A stretch of 63,626 bases of DNA, the filler included, from Thraustochytrium aureum (taxonomy: Eukaryota), in the NCBI GenBank assembly GCA_012862495.1. It is 5 parts of 4 records of this genome, joined end to end, with 100 filler letters (N's around TTAATTAATTAA, not from the genome) between each part and the next. Parts side by side here need not be neighbours in the genome. Positions count along the whole stretch, not along the records: positions 1 to 16,112 come from BLSG01000037.1; 4 more parts are not named here. One strand, given 5' to 3'. The notes below the pieces were generated by a model. That model ran no database searches. It was given only the letters and a program-made list of their open reading frames with translations, and was not told the origin of the DNA. Both the position numbers and the translations under genes were made by a program. Below, one piece after another: positions 1-11,747 of the stretch (position 1 is its first letter; each line of letters starts with the position of its first letter).

Positions 1-1
1 G

Positions 2-505
2 GTGGGCTGCGCCGCGGACTGGCTCACGAGCTGTAGCTTGGAAGAGGAGGAGGCGGCGGCGGCTGAGGAGGAGGAGGAGGAGTCTGACAAAGAGGAGCGC
101 GCTCGCTGGACAACTTGCGTGCACCGCCCGGTATCGTCCTCGGAGACTCTACGCCAGGCCATCGCTTGTGGTGCGCCGCCCGGGGGGCACGGGGTCTTGT
201 TCGGGTACAACAAGCAGCCGTACTGGCTCGAGTCGATTCAGGCCTACAGCCTCGACTTCTCCGGTCGAGTCACCCTTCCCTCGAACAAGAACTTTCAGCT
301 CGTGATTGAGGGCGACCCGGATCCGGTTGGCCCGCCCCCGCCAGGGCCGCCGCACCCGGACGACTCTGACCTGGCCTTGCTCTTTGGCAAGGTTCACGAG
401 TCGCCAACGGAGGTGTACACGCTTGACTTGCAGTGGCCTTTGTCGCCAGTGCAAGCTTTTGGGATCTGCCTCAGTGCTTGCATCCGCAAGTATGCCTGCG
501 CGTGA
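2..505 (+). CDS. Tubby-like protein, C-terminal Tub domain (5' partial)
   Basis: NKQPYWLESIQAYSLDFSGRVTLPSNKNFQL, LLFGKV, YTLDLQWPLSPVQAFGICLS and the terminal KYACA match the Tub domain C-terminal consensus (NK.P.W....Q.Y.LNF.GRVT.AS.KNFQL...PLS..QAF.I.LS...KLACE). Confidence 0.88.
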   Translation: MGCAADWLTSCSLEEEEAAAAEEEEEESDKEERARWTTCVHRPVSSSETLRQAIACGAPPGGHGVLFGYNKQPYWLESIQAYSLDFSGRVTLPSNKNFQLVIEGDPDPVGPPPPGPPHPDDSDLALLFGKVHESPTEVYTLDLQWPLSPVQAFGICLSACIRKYACA

Positions 506-1099
506 CCAAGGAGCGTGACGATGATCCGGCTTGCCCAATCGTTAGAGACTCTGTACCTATAGGCCTACCACATTTATTCACATTCAATCTTGTCAAGTTG
601 GCAGCGTAAGGGTATTTTGGCGAGTTGCCGGGATCCTCCTTGCCGGGACCAAGGAGGTCGGATCCTCTTGCCTGGGCCAAGTCGGATCCTCATCACCGAC
701 TCGCGTTTGGCCCGCAAAAGAGCCATGAACTTTGGCATCGAGCTCGAAGCGCGTGCGCAGGTGGGCGCGCTCTCAGCGGGAGTGAGGAGCCTTCCTCTCT
801 CTCGAAGATCATTCGAACTTACTTGCTCAGAGTGGCGCCCACCTCTCTCTCACCTATGACTCAATCAAGGTGAGGGACTGAGGGCGTGGCTTGCCGACTT
901 GCTTGCCAGGCACGCACCCACCACTGACGCAGTGCCCAGCAAGGCTCGCACGCCACGCAGACCAGATTCAGTGCAGAGCCCGAAAGCAAGGAGCGAAAGC
1001 GCCTGCGTGGCAACGACTCGGACCAGAACGAGTAAGGGCAGGGAAGCGCGTCTGGCGGCGCAGGAACAAGAGGCCTCAGACCTGCCGGCGCTCGGCGAG

Positions 1100-2221
1100 A
1101 TGGCACCCAAGGCTTTGCCAGCGAACGCCCGCGTCGCCAACCTGGCCTGGTGAGTTGCCGAGTTTGCTGCCTCCGCTGCAGCTCTCCCTACGACTAGCTC
1201 TGGAGCTTGAGCTAGCTGGACTAGAGAAGGCTATGCTAACGCTTGGACTGCGGCGCGCAGGGGCTGGGCGAACGGCGGCAAGGAGGCCAGCGTCGACTTT
1301 GCGGACGCCGTGATTGTGGATATCAACCAAGACGTTTCCACAATCAAGGAGCTGCGCGACAAGGGCAAATATGTTATCTGCTACTTCTCCGCAGGCTCCC
1401 TCGAGACGTTTCGAGCCGACACGAGCGGTCCCCTGAAGGACAAGTGGAACGAAGCCGCGCTCGGCAAGCTGGAAAATTTTGAGAATGAGCGGTGGCTCGA
1501 TATCTCAAAGTTTGACGTGCTGACTGAGGTCATGGAGCCGCGCTTCCAGCTGGCAAAGTCCAAAGGTTGTGACGGCGTCGAACCTGACGTGGTGGACTGC
1601 TACCTCAACGAGGTTTGCTACGAAAACCTCGCCGGCGCACCGAGCCAAGAAGAGGCCAAGGCGCTGCAGGTGCGGTACAACCAGTGGCAGGTGGACACCG
1701 CGCACAGCCTTGACCTGGGCATCGGCCTTAAGAATTCGCAGAGTCTCATCCCCATCATCGGCGCCAACTACGATTTTGCCATCAGCGAGTCGTGCCTCCG
1801 GTACGGCGACTGCGACCAGTACCAGACCTTTCTCGATGCCAACAAGGCAGTGTTTCTCTTCGAGTATACAGAGGGAGCGGAGCCGTTGTGCGAACCATGT
1901 GCGAGCTTTGTCGGCTCCGCGTGCGTCCCGGACGAGCTTGCCTCGCGCCGTCTCATCTTCACCAAGTACTGCGATGGGGAAGACGCAATCTGCCAGAGCG
2001 GGTCCTGGGGAGAGTGCTACGTCGATCTCGACGGCATCGACTACACGGCGTATGTCGAGCCTAAAGGGCTCTCTGGCGTCGCCGTCGCCTTTATCTTGCT
2101 CGGCATAGCCGTGGTCGTGTCGCTTGGCGCTTGGCGCTGCACCAAGTTGGGCCCGAAGGGGTCGGCTACCTCGGATGATCGCAGCCGCCCTGTTAGGCTG
2201 GACTTGAGCTCAACTAGCTAG
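1100..2221 (+). CDS. Membrane-anchored GH114 glycoside hydrolase (endo-alpha-1,4-galactosaminidase-like); spliced, true start uncertain
   Basis: GKYVICYFSAGSLE, ERWLDI, AKSKGCDGVEPD, GLKNS and YDFAISESC are GH114 motifs. C-terminal hydrophobic helix VAVAFILLGIAVVVSLGAW. The upstream exon joins in frame through intron 1150-1260 (…ANLAW-GWANGGKEASVDFADAVIVDI). Confidence 0.85.
1150..1260 (+). other. Spliceosomal intron in GH114 gene
   Basis: GTGAGT donor at 1150, TGCTAAC branch-like motif near 1234, CGCAG acceptor ending 1260. Removal restores one reading frame. Confidence 0.75.
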
Positions 2222-3834
2222 CTGGAGAGCTACAGGACCAATACTGGCAGTGTGAAAACTAACCTCATTTGCTTGCCCGAAGCGGCTCTTTGCGATCCAT
2301 CGTGGTGCGAGGGAAAAACCGCAGCCTGCGCGCAGTCTGGGCCATGCCTCCCCGCGCCAGCGCAAGCGCAATCAAATCAAAAGGAGGGCAACCTTGCCAC
2401 AACTCGTCTGGACAGGACAGGGCAGGGCCGAGCAGAGCGGCTCTTCGGTCAGTCGACCAATGCATTTCTGAATTCTGCTGCTCGGTGAGCTCGAACAGAC
2501 GGAAGCAGGGTGCAAACTCTGGAGAGCCACCCGGAGTAGTATCGAGAGACCGGTAAATTACAAGAAACACAAGTTGTGTTTGCAGTTTGACCCGTAAATA
2601 GACCGAAATCGTAGGATAATTCTGCCCGAGCCGCTACGCCCCATGGACTGACTGGACCAGAGGATCTTCACGAGATGGAGGTCCATTCCAGCCGCCGCTT
2701 GCTCCATTTTATTTGAAAAAAATCCCTCGCGGCGCACTGCACATCTGTCGCCGCACATCTGGTGCGAGGGTGATTCAATCTACGATGAGCCCCCCAAAAA
2801 AGCGATGGGATGGCCCGGCCAGGGTCGGTCATTCCAGTTTGGACGAGCAACGTACTCCACTACTTGCTCGTACCGAGCAACATCCACAAACACAAAGCGG
2901 CGACGCCGTGTCCTTCCATTGAACAGCCGGCCGCCCGCATCTCTGCTTTCAGGTGGTTTTGCAGCGTCGCGAGAGTTTGGCGTTTTCCTTTCGAGTTGGG
3001 GAGTCCACAATGGCCGACATTCCCCTTCGGCAGACCAAGGAGGCACCGAGGAGAGAGCCGGATCTCGTCTCGCCGATGCGGCGAAAGGCCTCGACGCTTG
3101 TGGCAAGGAGCTTGCTTGTAGGACGGTCCATCCCCCGGTCTGTAGATGGTTCACCACCCACTGGCAGGACGCTTTCCAACAACGAAGAGTCCACTTTTGT
3201 AAAGCTCGCTTTTGTTAGCATGGATTCTGTCTGGGTCAGAGCGCCGCGCTCTGCAACCGTTTTTCGACATCTCTATCGATGGTTGTGTACTCCACCACGC
3301 TGCTGCTGCGGTGGGCCGCTCCACTGCGACGTGCTGCTAGGTTTAATTAACGCGCCACAGTGCCGCGCTCGAGGCAAGCCAAGGCTGGAGATCGAGAAAC
3401 TGCGGCTGCAACCAAACGGATGTTTTTATTTTTTTTCGACCTCTTGCGGCAGCTCGGAACCTCTCGAGCCAGCTCGGAGTCAAGTTTTTCTTTCGTCCGC
3501 GGAAGCCGAAACGGCGCTGAAGCGAGATTGGACACCCTACTCGTTTGCGGCTGCTTCGCACAAGCAAAGCAAGCAGAACTCTGTACAAGGAAACAGTGGC
3601 CTGTCGATGCGCGCCTCGACGCCTCCGTGGAGGACTCGCTCCAGCGCAACTCGCGCAGAGCGAGCTGCTGTAGCCAGTTCAACAACTCGAAACGCCCCGG
3701 CGAGGATAGCAAGTCACCACGGCGCAACGCGCGCGCAAGCCCGCTCGTTTTCAGGGATATCCCCAACCCGGTTCTGGCACAACGCGCGCTTGGGCCTTCA
3801 GGCGTGCAAGTACGCCGAACTTGGCTTGTACTAG

Positions 3835-5545
3835 ATGCTCGTTGCCGCGACGCCTCTGCAGCAGCACCAGCAACAGCACCGACGCGATAGTTTGGGCTCC
3901 CTCGTTCGCCCAGCTCGCAAGCGAGGAGAGCGTGCGTTCATGACAGAGCCATTGGACGCTAACAACCATCCACCAGGCAGCCCATGCTCAACTGAGGCCA
4001 CTGATCAACGAGTGCCTTCGCCCCGCGCCAGGCTGGCCTACCACAGCCCGGCAAGCTCGGCCCCGGCACCGCGCGAATTGCGCTGGGCGACACCAACTCC
4101 GCCAAGCGACTCGGCGCAGGCTACTCCAGAGTGTGATGCCGCGCTCGGTCTCTGTCCGGATACCTCGAATGTGCGCAGGGCGCCCCGCTGTGATCAGATG
4201 CTCGATGCAAACCAACAGAGGATTGCACACTCTCTGCAGGCGACGCGCATCGACCGCGACGCTGTTTCTTGCGTCGGAGCAGTTGGGAAAATCGCAAACC
4301 TGTCAAACCTGTCGGTATCAGCGGCAGCGGCGCCGTCCGCTCGCAGAAAAGACTTTTGCCGGAGTAGAAGTTGCAGCAGTGGCAGCGTCAGCAGCACCGG
4401 TAGCAGTAGCAACAACACTCGGCCCAGCAGCCACTGCAGCGGGATTCTCAGAATAGGCTCGGAGCTGAGAAGAGGCAGCGGCGGCATCTCACCGAACAAC
4501 CGCAGCGACAGTAGTTGTGAAAGACATATTGATGGTGGCGATGAGGCTGCCCGGGTTGAAGCAGAGTCGCAGCTGCAGGTCGAGCAAGGTATCGCAGAGC
4601 TCTTTCCTGGGCTTGACGACGCACGAGCACGGCCGCGCAGCTCCACGGCATTCGTGTCGGCAAACAATGGACTCTGCAGCACAACCTCCACCCCGATGCA
4701 GACACGTCTGTTGACACAAGGCCAATCTAGTGCTGAAGCTCGCCAGCGCGCCGCGTCGGCGCCGGCTCGGGATCCCCTCCTTTTTTCCCCTCGCTCTCGC
4801 CCCAGCCCCAGCCCCAGCCCCGGCCCCAGCCCCAGCGCCCTCGACCGCAGACTTGTGCCGAGTGTCGCCACTGGTCACGACGGGCAGCTCGGGTGTATTA
4901 CTCGCGTCGGGGCGATACACGCCAGATCCCACACCAGCGTTTCCGGTGTCCATCCTGAGCGCGTCCCCCACAGTGTCTCGAGAGTCGGCATCGCCCCTGG
5001 CTGAGGCAAGATTGTCTACCGAGCTTGATGATGCGTCCGTCTCGCCCATGGCTGAGGTCGCAGAAGACTCGCTCTCGGTCAAGGAGGCCAACTGGTTTCT
5101 GGACATTCTCGAGGGGTACCATGAATCGACGCTGAGCGAAGACGACCTTGCCAAGCTGCGCGAGTCCAAGCTGCGAACCAAGGTGAAACATCGGGCGTCT
5201 ATTCTGTTCCTCGAGGACGTCGAATTCGTGGCGCGCACCGAGCATCGCTTTGCGCTCGACTGGAGCGACCCAATGTGCCAGCGTGAGCCCAAAAAGTGGA
5301 TCATCCACAAGCTTTGCCAAGTAATCGTCTCCAAATATAGGCGAAGCATCGACAACAAGGCTGACAGGAGTTGCATTTGGTCTGCGCTCATGGACCGTGC
5401 GCTCTACCACCTCGCGCAGTCTGGCTTTGCCAACGTCTCGATAGCGACGACGGGCGACACGAACCGGGAGGCCACGCTCTTCGTTGGGGACTACCACATC
5501 TCAAGAAGCAACTTTACCAAGGTCTTTAAACGGTACGCGTCGTGA
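3835..5545 (+). CDS. Hypothetical protein, Ser/Pro-rich N-terminus plus globular C-terminal domain; apparent +1 frameshift between ORFs 3835-5004 and 4730-5545
   Basis: Overlapping same-strand ORFs. The last ~170 aa look like an ordinary folded domain (EANWFLDILEGY…SNFTKVFKRYAS). No family recognised. Confidence 0.4.
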
Positions 5546-6037
5546 GCGAGTCCTTCGTGCTCTGCTCCCGGCTATCCGAGCAATAGCCCACCTGCCCGCA
5601 CCAAAAAGAGCCGCGTACTCAGCCTGACTGCCGTCTACGGCGTTGGTCTTTCCCCAAAAGCGCAGCAGCGAGCGCGCTCTGTTGGCCAATGTCCACGCTG
5701 GCTGCCCTGTCGCGCGGCTCGTTTTTCAGCGCGCCAAAGCAAAAGACCTTCCGCTGTTATGATGGAAAGAAAATCCAATCCCAATCCCACTCTCTCTTTC
5801 TTTGAACAGGCCGTTGCTTGATCCGAGCATGAGGTGCTTCTCCCGCTTATCCACTGCGCACGCGGTGTTGCATGTTGCCTGAGGCGGAAGGCGGCGTCGC
5901 ACCTCATCAGGCTCGCCTGGCGTGGAAAGCTACTTTGACGAGCTCCTTGACGCTCCAAGTCGTCTCTCTGCAAGCCCAATTTGACGCACGTCGCGACTCG
6001 CGAGGTGTGGGCAGGCCAACCGTCACTATGCGACTCT

Positions 6038-6105
6038 GGGCAGAGCTCCGAAACGGGCAGAGCTCCGAAACGGGCAGAGCTCCGAAATGGGCAGAGCCCC
6101 GAAAT
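6038..6105. repeat. Tandem minisatellite, 17-bp unit GGGCAGAGCTCCGAAAC x4
   Basis: Units read directly at 6038, 6055, 6072 and 6089, with no spacers. Confidence 0.95.
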
Positions 6106-6855
6106 AGACAGCTTGCGACGGCGCAACGAAAGGCCTGCGCTGGCTTGATCGTTCGTTGATCAGGTGGGTCGGCGCGACCTCAAAACGATGAAAGAATCGG
6201 CGCTGCCATACTACCAACTTGAAGAAGGGAAACACAGGCGAGTCTCGGAGACAGCTCGCTCGAGAGAACCCCACAGCCAGCCAGCCAGCCCCATGAGGAC
6301 CAGAAGCCAAATGACGCAAAACACGACGAATGACGGCCTTGTGGTGCTGACACGAGACGTCCATGATGATCACCTGCGAATCAGCAAGTTGGCCAAGCAA
6401 CTTGCTCGTGGAGCATGTGAAGGCACAAGCCGCTGGCGAGCGAGGCCTTGCCTGGCGAAAGGGGCCCAGCACCCAACAAATTGTGGCGTCCTCCTGTTTG
6501 ACGGGATACACTGGGACGCAGTCGCGCGAGCGACGGCGCAAGAAGGCGAGCTGGACACCCTCGCCGCGAGTGCGAGCGGAAAGCAGCTAAGTTGAACGTG
6601 ACGTTGTCGCGCGGCGCGACCGGCCAAGGGTCTGCTGCTGGAGCAGCTGCCGCAGCGGCGTCCAACACACTCGATCATCACGACCAAGTGTTTGATTCCA
6701 ATTTGAATTTCCAAATGTTGGCACTTCATCGTGTTTCTACCCTCCCTTCTGCCTTGAGTCGGCTCCTCGATTTTTCACGCCGAGTCTGACGTTCCTCACG
6801 TCTACAAGACAGAGAAGACTCGGAGCGCAACGCAACGCAACTTGAAGCAGCAGCT

Positions 6856-6965
6856 GAGGAGCTCGCCATGTGGACCAGGGAGGAGCGCAAGCAGCAGCAG
6901 AGGAGCTCGCCATGTGGACCAGGGAGGAGCGCAAGCAGCAGCAGAGGAGCTCGCCATGTGGACCA
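6856..6965. repeat. Tandem repeat, 44-bp unit x2.5
   Basis: GAGGAGCTCGCCATGTGGACCAGGGAGGAGCGCAAGCAGCAGCA at 6856 and 6900, with a partial copy at 6944. Confidence 0.95.
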
Positions 6966-7264
6966 TTCCCACCATTCCTACGAGCCAGTCCCGGTCGCCG
7001 GTCGTCAGAGAGCACCTCTCGCAGAGGGTAGAGTCGCACAATCCTCTGGCGCGTGGATACCCCACAATCGGCTCCTCGCTAGCTACTTCGGCACCACAAA
7101 TCGACGACCGCAGCGACGAGCGAGCAATCCACAAGCGGGGAGCGCGAGCGCGAGTGGGGGCTGCGAGGCGGGCAGACTGCAGAGGGAAGCGGCGCAGAGC
7201 ATCGAGGAGCAAGTGCGCTGGGCTGCTGAAACTCGCTGTCTTAGAGATAGAAGGGAGAGGGAGG

Positions 7265-8746
7265 ATGGGGCAGTCAAAGCACGACTACGAACAGGTCTCG
7301 CTGGTGCCCTCGGAAGGAAAGACGCGCTCGTTCTCCTCGGCCTCGTCCTCGTCCTCGTCGTCAGATGAAAGGTCTTCGGACGAGGAGGGCGACGGCACGG
7401 TGGAATTGCCAATCACGGCACGCGCTCGAGATTGGCGCCAAGACGACGCGCCAGTCGGCGTGGTCCGCGGCCTCCCACCTGACAGCTCTGGAAACACAGC
7501 GTTCTCGTGGCAAGCGAAACTGGCGCTGCTGGCCATCTCAGCAATTCTCTGGTTTGGCCTGTCTTACTCCGAGGACACAGCAGCCCATGCGAAGCAAAGC
7601 GCCGAGGTGCAAGATCTTGCGTCACTTCGGCCACAACGAACACACGCCCCAACGGGTGCCCCCGTCGTCGCCTATGTCGAGGAAGTTCAATCGAGCGAAT
7701 CCCTGCAGCAAACCGTAGATGACGTTGAAAGCGAGCTCGAGCGCCACGAAGAGGTTTCTGATCACCTACTCAGGAACGACAACAAGCTCACCTGGGGCCA
7801 GTGCCCATCGCCGACGTCCCAATGGTGGGAGACAATGGCCAAGCCGGATCTTTGCATGAACTTTAACCTGTTTTACATCAAGGCGCCGAAAACGGGAAGC
7901 AGTACAATGGGTGGGGTTGCTCGACGAATTGCTGCGCGGTACGGCCTGGACTGTTCGCGCTGCGCCTTGTCCAAGTCGGTTCACAGCGCGGAGCCCCGCG
8001 TTGTGGCGTCTCACATTCATGAAGACATGATTCGGCTCTACGACCGCTCCTCGAAGCTACCTACGTTTCGGTGGGGCTTGGCGCGCGACCCGGTGACGCG
8101 TTGCTTGTCTCAATTTTACCACTTCTGGGTGACAAAGGGTGGCAAGACGGACTCGCTCCGAGAGATGAAAAAGTTCGTACACCACAACTACCCGTGCTAT
8201 GACACTTTGTGGAAGTACCATATGTTCGACGATGCAGAGCAGCGGTCGAAGATGGACTTTATGGGCACCACGGAACGGTACAACGAGAGTATCCTCCTGC
8301 TCGGCTACATTCTCAAGCTCAGCATGTCCGATATTCTCTATGTGCCCAGCAAGGTTTCTTCTGAACATATCCAGGACAAGGGCCACATCCTTGTTGCCAA
8401 CAAGCCAATCGAGCAACAGCCGGCCGATGTTAAGGCGTACTTTTCCGACGCGTTGTGGATGAGCAACAACAAACACGACTACGCTCTGCACCAGGACGCC
8501 AACGAGAACATGGACGCCATGATCCAACAAATCGGGGAGCGGCGCTTTTTGTGTGCTCTGGACGAGTACAAGAAGCACTTGGACGCGGTTCGCTCGGCTT
8601 GCCCAATCTACGACGCGAGTGGCAGGCTCAGCGCAGACTGCTACTGGTCGGATAATGGCTGCAACTTTCCCTGCCTCGACGAGTACTCGAGCGGCAAGGG
8701 CCTCTGGGCGCAAAATATCCGCGATATCGACTGCAAAACGAGCTAG
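7265..8746 (+). CDS. Golgi-type (type II membrane) sulfotransferase, galactose-3-O-sulfotransferase-like
   Basis: 5'-PSB motif FYIKAPKTGSST, 3'-PB motif ARDPVTRCLSQFYH, DFMGTTERYNESILLL and one N-proximal TM helix (LALLAISAILWFGLSY). Start placed at MGQSK because the longer ORF runs through tandem repeats. Confidence 0.85.
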   Translation: MGQSKHDYEQVSLVPSEGKTRSFSSASSSSSSSDERSSDEEGDGTVELPITARARDWRQDDAPVGVVRGLPPDSSGNTAFSWQAKLALLAISAILWFGLSYSEDTAAHAKQSAEVQDLASLRPQRTHAPTGAPVVAYVEEVQSSESLQQTVDDVESELERHEEVSDHLLRNDNKLTWGQCPSPTSQWWETMAKPDLCMNFNLFYIKAPKTGSSTMGGVARRIAARYGLDCSRCALSKSVHSAEPRVVASHIHEDMIRLYDRSSKLPTFRWGLARDPVTRCLSQFYHFWVTKGGKTDSLREMKKFVHHNYPCYDTLWKYHMFDDAEQRSKMDFMGTTERYNESILLLGYILKLSMSDILYVPSKVSSEHIQDKGHILVANKPIEQQPADVKAYFSDALWMSNNKHDYALHQDANENMDAMIQQIGERRFLCALDEYKKHLDAVRSACPIYDASGRLSADCYWSDNGCNFPCLDEYSSGKGLWAQNIRDIDCKTS

Positions 8747-9501
8747 CAATAGAGATAGCGCTGTATGCCCTTTGTTTGCCTCGCTTTCTTTCGTACAACG
8801 TGTATGTTTAGCAGGAGTGGCGCCTCCACCCACTCGCAGCGCACCAAACAGGCACTCGACACGTTTCGCAAAATGGCCAGAGCGAGGGTCCTACGCCAGA
8901 CGCGCACCGCGGCCATCGCTTCCAGCCGAATCGCGTTGACGATAAGCTGCCACTCCGTCTCTTGCAGAGTGCCGTCGCGCCGTTTTTTGCTTGACGGAAA
9001 GTGCCGAACGTACGACTCGATCAGCCCGAAGTGGTGCACGTCTCGTGAGGGATTCGCTCCGGTCTTCAAGAGGAGCGGCACTGGCATCGCATCCTCCAGC
9101 TGCGACGCGCACTTAACCAAGCCGAATGTATCGCCTTCGTGCCCTTGAACTTTATCGACTGTTGGGCTTTGGGCTTTCTGCTCCGACGCGTTTCATTTGT
9201 CGTCGCTCAGGCCCCAGCGTTGCAGCCTTCCGCTTTGGCCCAGGCTTGCCTGGCGTTGGCTTGCAGGTCGGGCGGTGACGCTAGCACTCTTCCTCGTGCG
9301 CCTCGCGGCGCCCCTGCTTGCAGTGGCACACTTCCGGCATGTTGAAAGGCAGCGCAGTAGCCAAGCTGTGCTGGGCGCCAGCGCAGCCGGCGACGTGAAA
9401 AAAACGAAACACAAAACCAACGTCCTTCCCGCTTCCCCGCGCTCCCAATCTCTCAACTACTCTACTTGGCGCTGTGGCACTCTTGCGCTTGGCCAACGCC
9501 T

Positions 9502-11747
9502 TCAGGAGCTGTCCTCGACAAAGTCGGCAGCATCCCACTGACGCTCGAAGGGCTTGACAGTGCCACGCCAGGTCAGCGGGGCGTGGCGAAATGGAAAGAA
9601 GACGTCGTTGCGGAAAAACNNNNNNNNNNNNNNNNNNNNNNNNNNNNNNNNNNNNNNNNNNNNNNNNNNNNNNNNNNNNNNNNNNNNNNNNNNNNNNNNN
9701 NNNNNNNNNNNNNNNNNNNNNNNNNNNNNNNNNNNNNNNNNNNNNNNNNNCCGATTCCATGCTGGACGGTGTCAAAGCTGCGCATCTGCTCGTTGGCGCG
9801 GGCAATGACACGCTGCACCAGGCCAGCAGCCAGGTGGATGACTCCCTTGAAAGGGACTGTACGGTAGAGAAAGTCGTCAATGTTGCGACTCGACGTGCTC
9901 GAGGGCAGCCACTCGACGCCAATGCGGTCCGAGGTGTCCCTGGCCACGGTGCTGCTCGGAAGGTTGCGCCCTGCACGCTCGGGCGCGTCCGGAGGCAGCG
10001 TCAGGATGTGACCTGGCGTGGACTGGCGGACGTCGGCGGCCATGAGCATGTGCATATCGCCGCTGAGGAAAACGTTGCCAAGCGGAGCACGCCTGGCATC
10101 CGCGTCGGCGATGTCTTTCATCAGTTCGGAGCGGTCAACAGGGTAGCCGTCCCAGTTGCGCTTCTTGGCGAACGGGTTGAGCACCGACGTTTCCCTTTGG
10201 TGTTTAATTTGCGACGAGCCCACCGCAAGAATCACCGCCCATGCGACCACGACAAGCGCCGTGGTGGCGATGCCTAGGCCAAGGCAGCAGCGCGACCCGC
10301 AGACGGCAAGAGCCCGAGCCTTGCGCGTCTCGGCAAGTTCTGGTTGCGTGAGCAGTTGCTTGTCGTTATCAAAAGCGCCCGCGGCCATCCCTGCTTGAAC
10401 CTCGAGCTCCTCCTCCTTCGAGGACGGGGCTTTCTCCCGTATGCGGCGCCGCGAGAGTACACAGCATGACAGCGGCAGCGCTGCCAACGTCAACAAGAGC
10501 ACCGCGACGCCCGTCGCAAAGCCCTGCCATCCGTCGAGGCGCCATGCAACGAAGGCCTTGCCTGTGAGAATGATGCGCCAGCCCAAAGTAGCGTTGCCCG
10601 GCGCGAGGACGGTGCGGCGGAGCCACTCCCGCTGGTCGTTGCCCAGGTATTTGCCCTCCTCGAGCCCGACGTTGCGCGTGTCGAGCGCGACGAGCTCGGC
10701 AACGCTGCCAAACCCAAGTCTGCGAAACAGGCGAAACTCGGTCCCGTTAACGTTGCCGGGCGCCGGCACGACGCTCCAGCGGACTGGCGTCCACCACTCG
10801 AACACGCGCAGCCCTGGGTTGGCGGTGCTAGTCACGTACGTATTTCCAACGTCGTGCGAGTCCACGACATGCACCCACGGGTGCGCGGCGCGCGCGCCGC
10901 GCACGTCGGGATCCATGTGGTCCATCGAGTGGCGGTACTTCCACATGAGCTCTTCCGTGTCCTCCCAAGAGCAGTTCATGAGGCTGCCCATGGGGAGCGG
11001 TGCAAACGCCGGGTCCAGTAGTTTCGCGCGGTCACGCGGCTCGCGCGCCAGCTCTGGGTGCCGCGACTCGCACGAGCCGGTCCATGTGCGCTGGTACGTT
11101 GTTAGCTCGTTTGTGTCGTAAATCCAGTCGCCCAGGTCAATCATGGCATGGATCGCCTCGGAGCGTTCCAGGTTGGTGTCATCCCAGGCGCCGAGACCGC
11201 GGGCAACCTCGCCGCCCAGCGTCATGTTGTACGCGAGGTGGGCAAACGTGTTTTGGTACATTTGGTGTTGAGAGCAGCTTGTGATGCCGAACGTCACGAG
11301 CCCGCTCTCGCCCGGCGCCGGCGCGGTGCGGGTGCGGCCCAGCCGACTCGCCTCGCCGCTCTTGGTGAAGAATCGGTAAAAGTACGTGCGGTTGGGAAGG
11401 GCAGCGGCTGGGCATCTACCTTGACGGTGTAGTCGCGTTCGGGTCGAGCGGTTGCGTTGCCTTCGAGCAGCGCGTTCTCCTCGGAGGAGGCTCCCAGTTC
11501 CCAAATCTTCCATGTCACCTCGACGCCGTCGCGCACCTCGGCCTCCGTGCGCGGCGTCGCGCGCGTCCAGAGAATAACGCTGTCTGGCAAGGGGTCGCCT
11601 GAAGTGACGCCATGAAAGAACGGCGCTGCTGCGTCCTGGTAGATGTTGAGATCGGGGCTTGGGGGCTGTCCAGTACTCGGTCAGGGCGCTGCTGCCGACG
11701 CGGCACTGCGCGGCCAGCGCCGCGGCCAGCACCAGTGCGCCGCGCAT
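9502..11747 (-). CDS. phoD: PhoD-family alkaline phosphatase with signal peptide and internal two-TM insertion; two compensating frameshifts and one N gap
   Basis: Signal peptide MRGALVLAAALAA. An alternate frame gives FFHGVTSGDPLPDSVILWTR…RDYTVKVD. The main frame gives LPNRTYFYRF, SCS, DLGDWIYD, DSHDVGN, LDTRN, LGNDQREWL, WDGY and FLSGDMH. The likely C-terminus after the gap is …QWDAADFVEDSS* with stop at 9502-9504. Confidence 0.88.

Noticed and set aside
6856..6965. 44-bp repeats (and the 17-, 13- and 35-bp arrays) as a CRISPR array
   Set aside because: Head-to-tail units with no unique spacers, no cas genes and a eukaryotic context.
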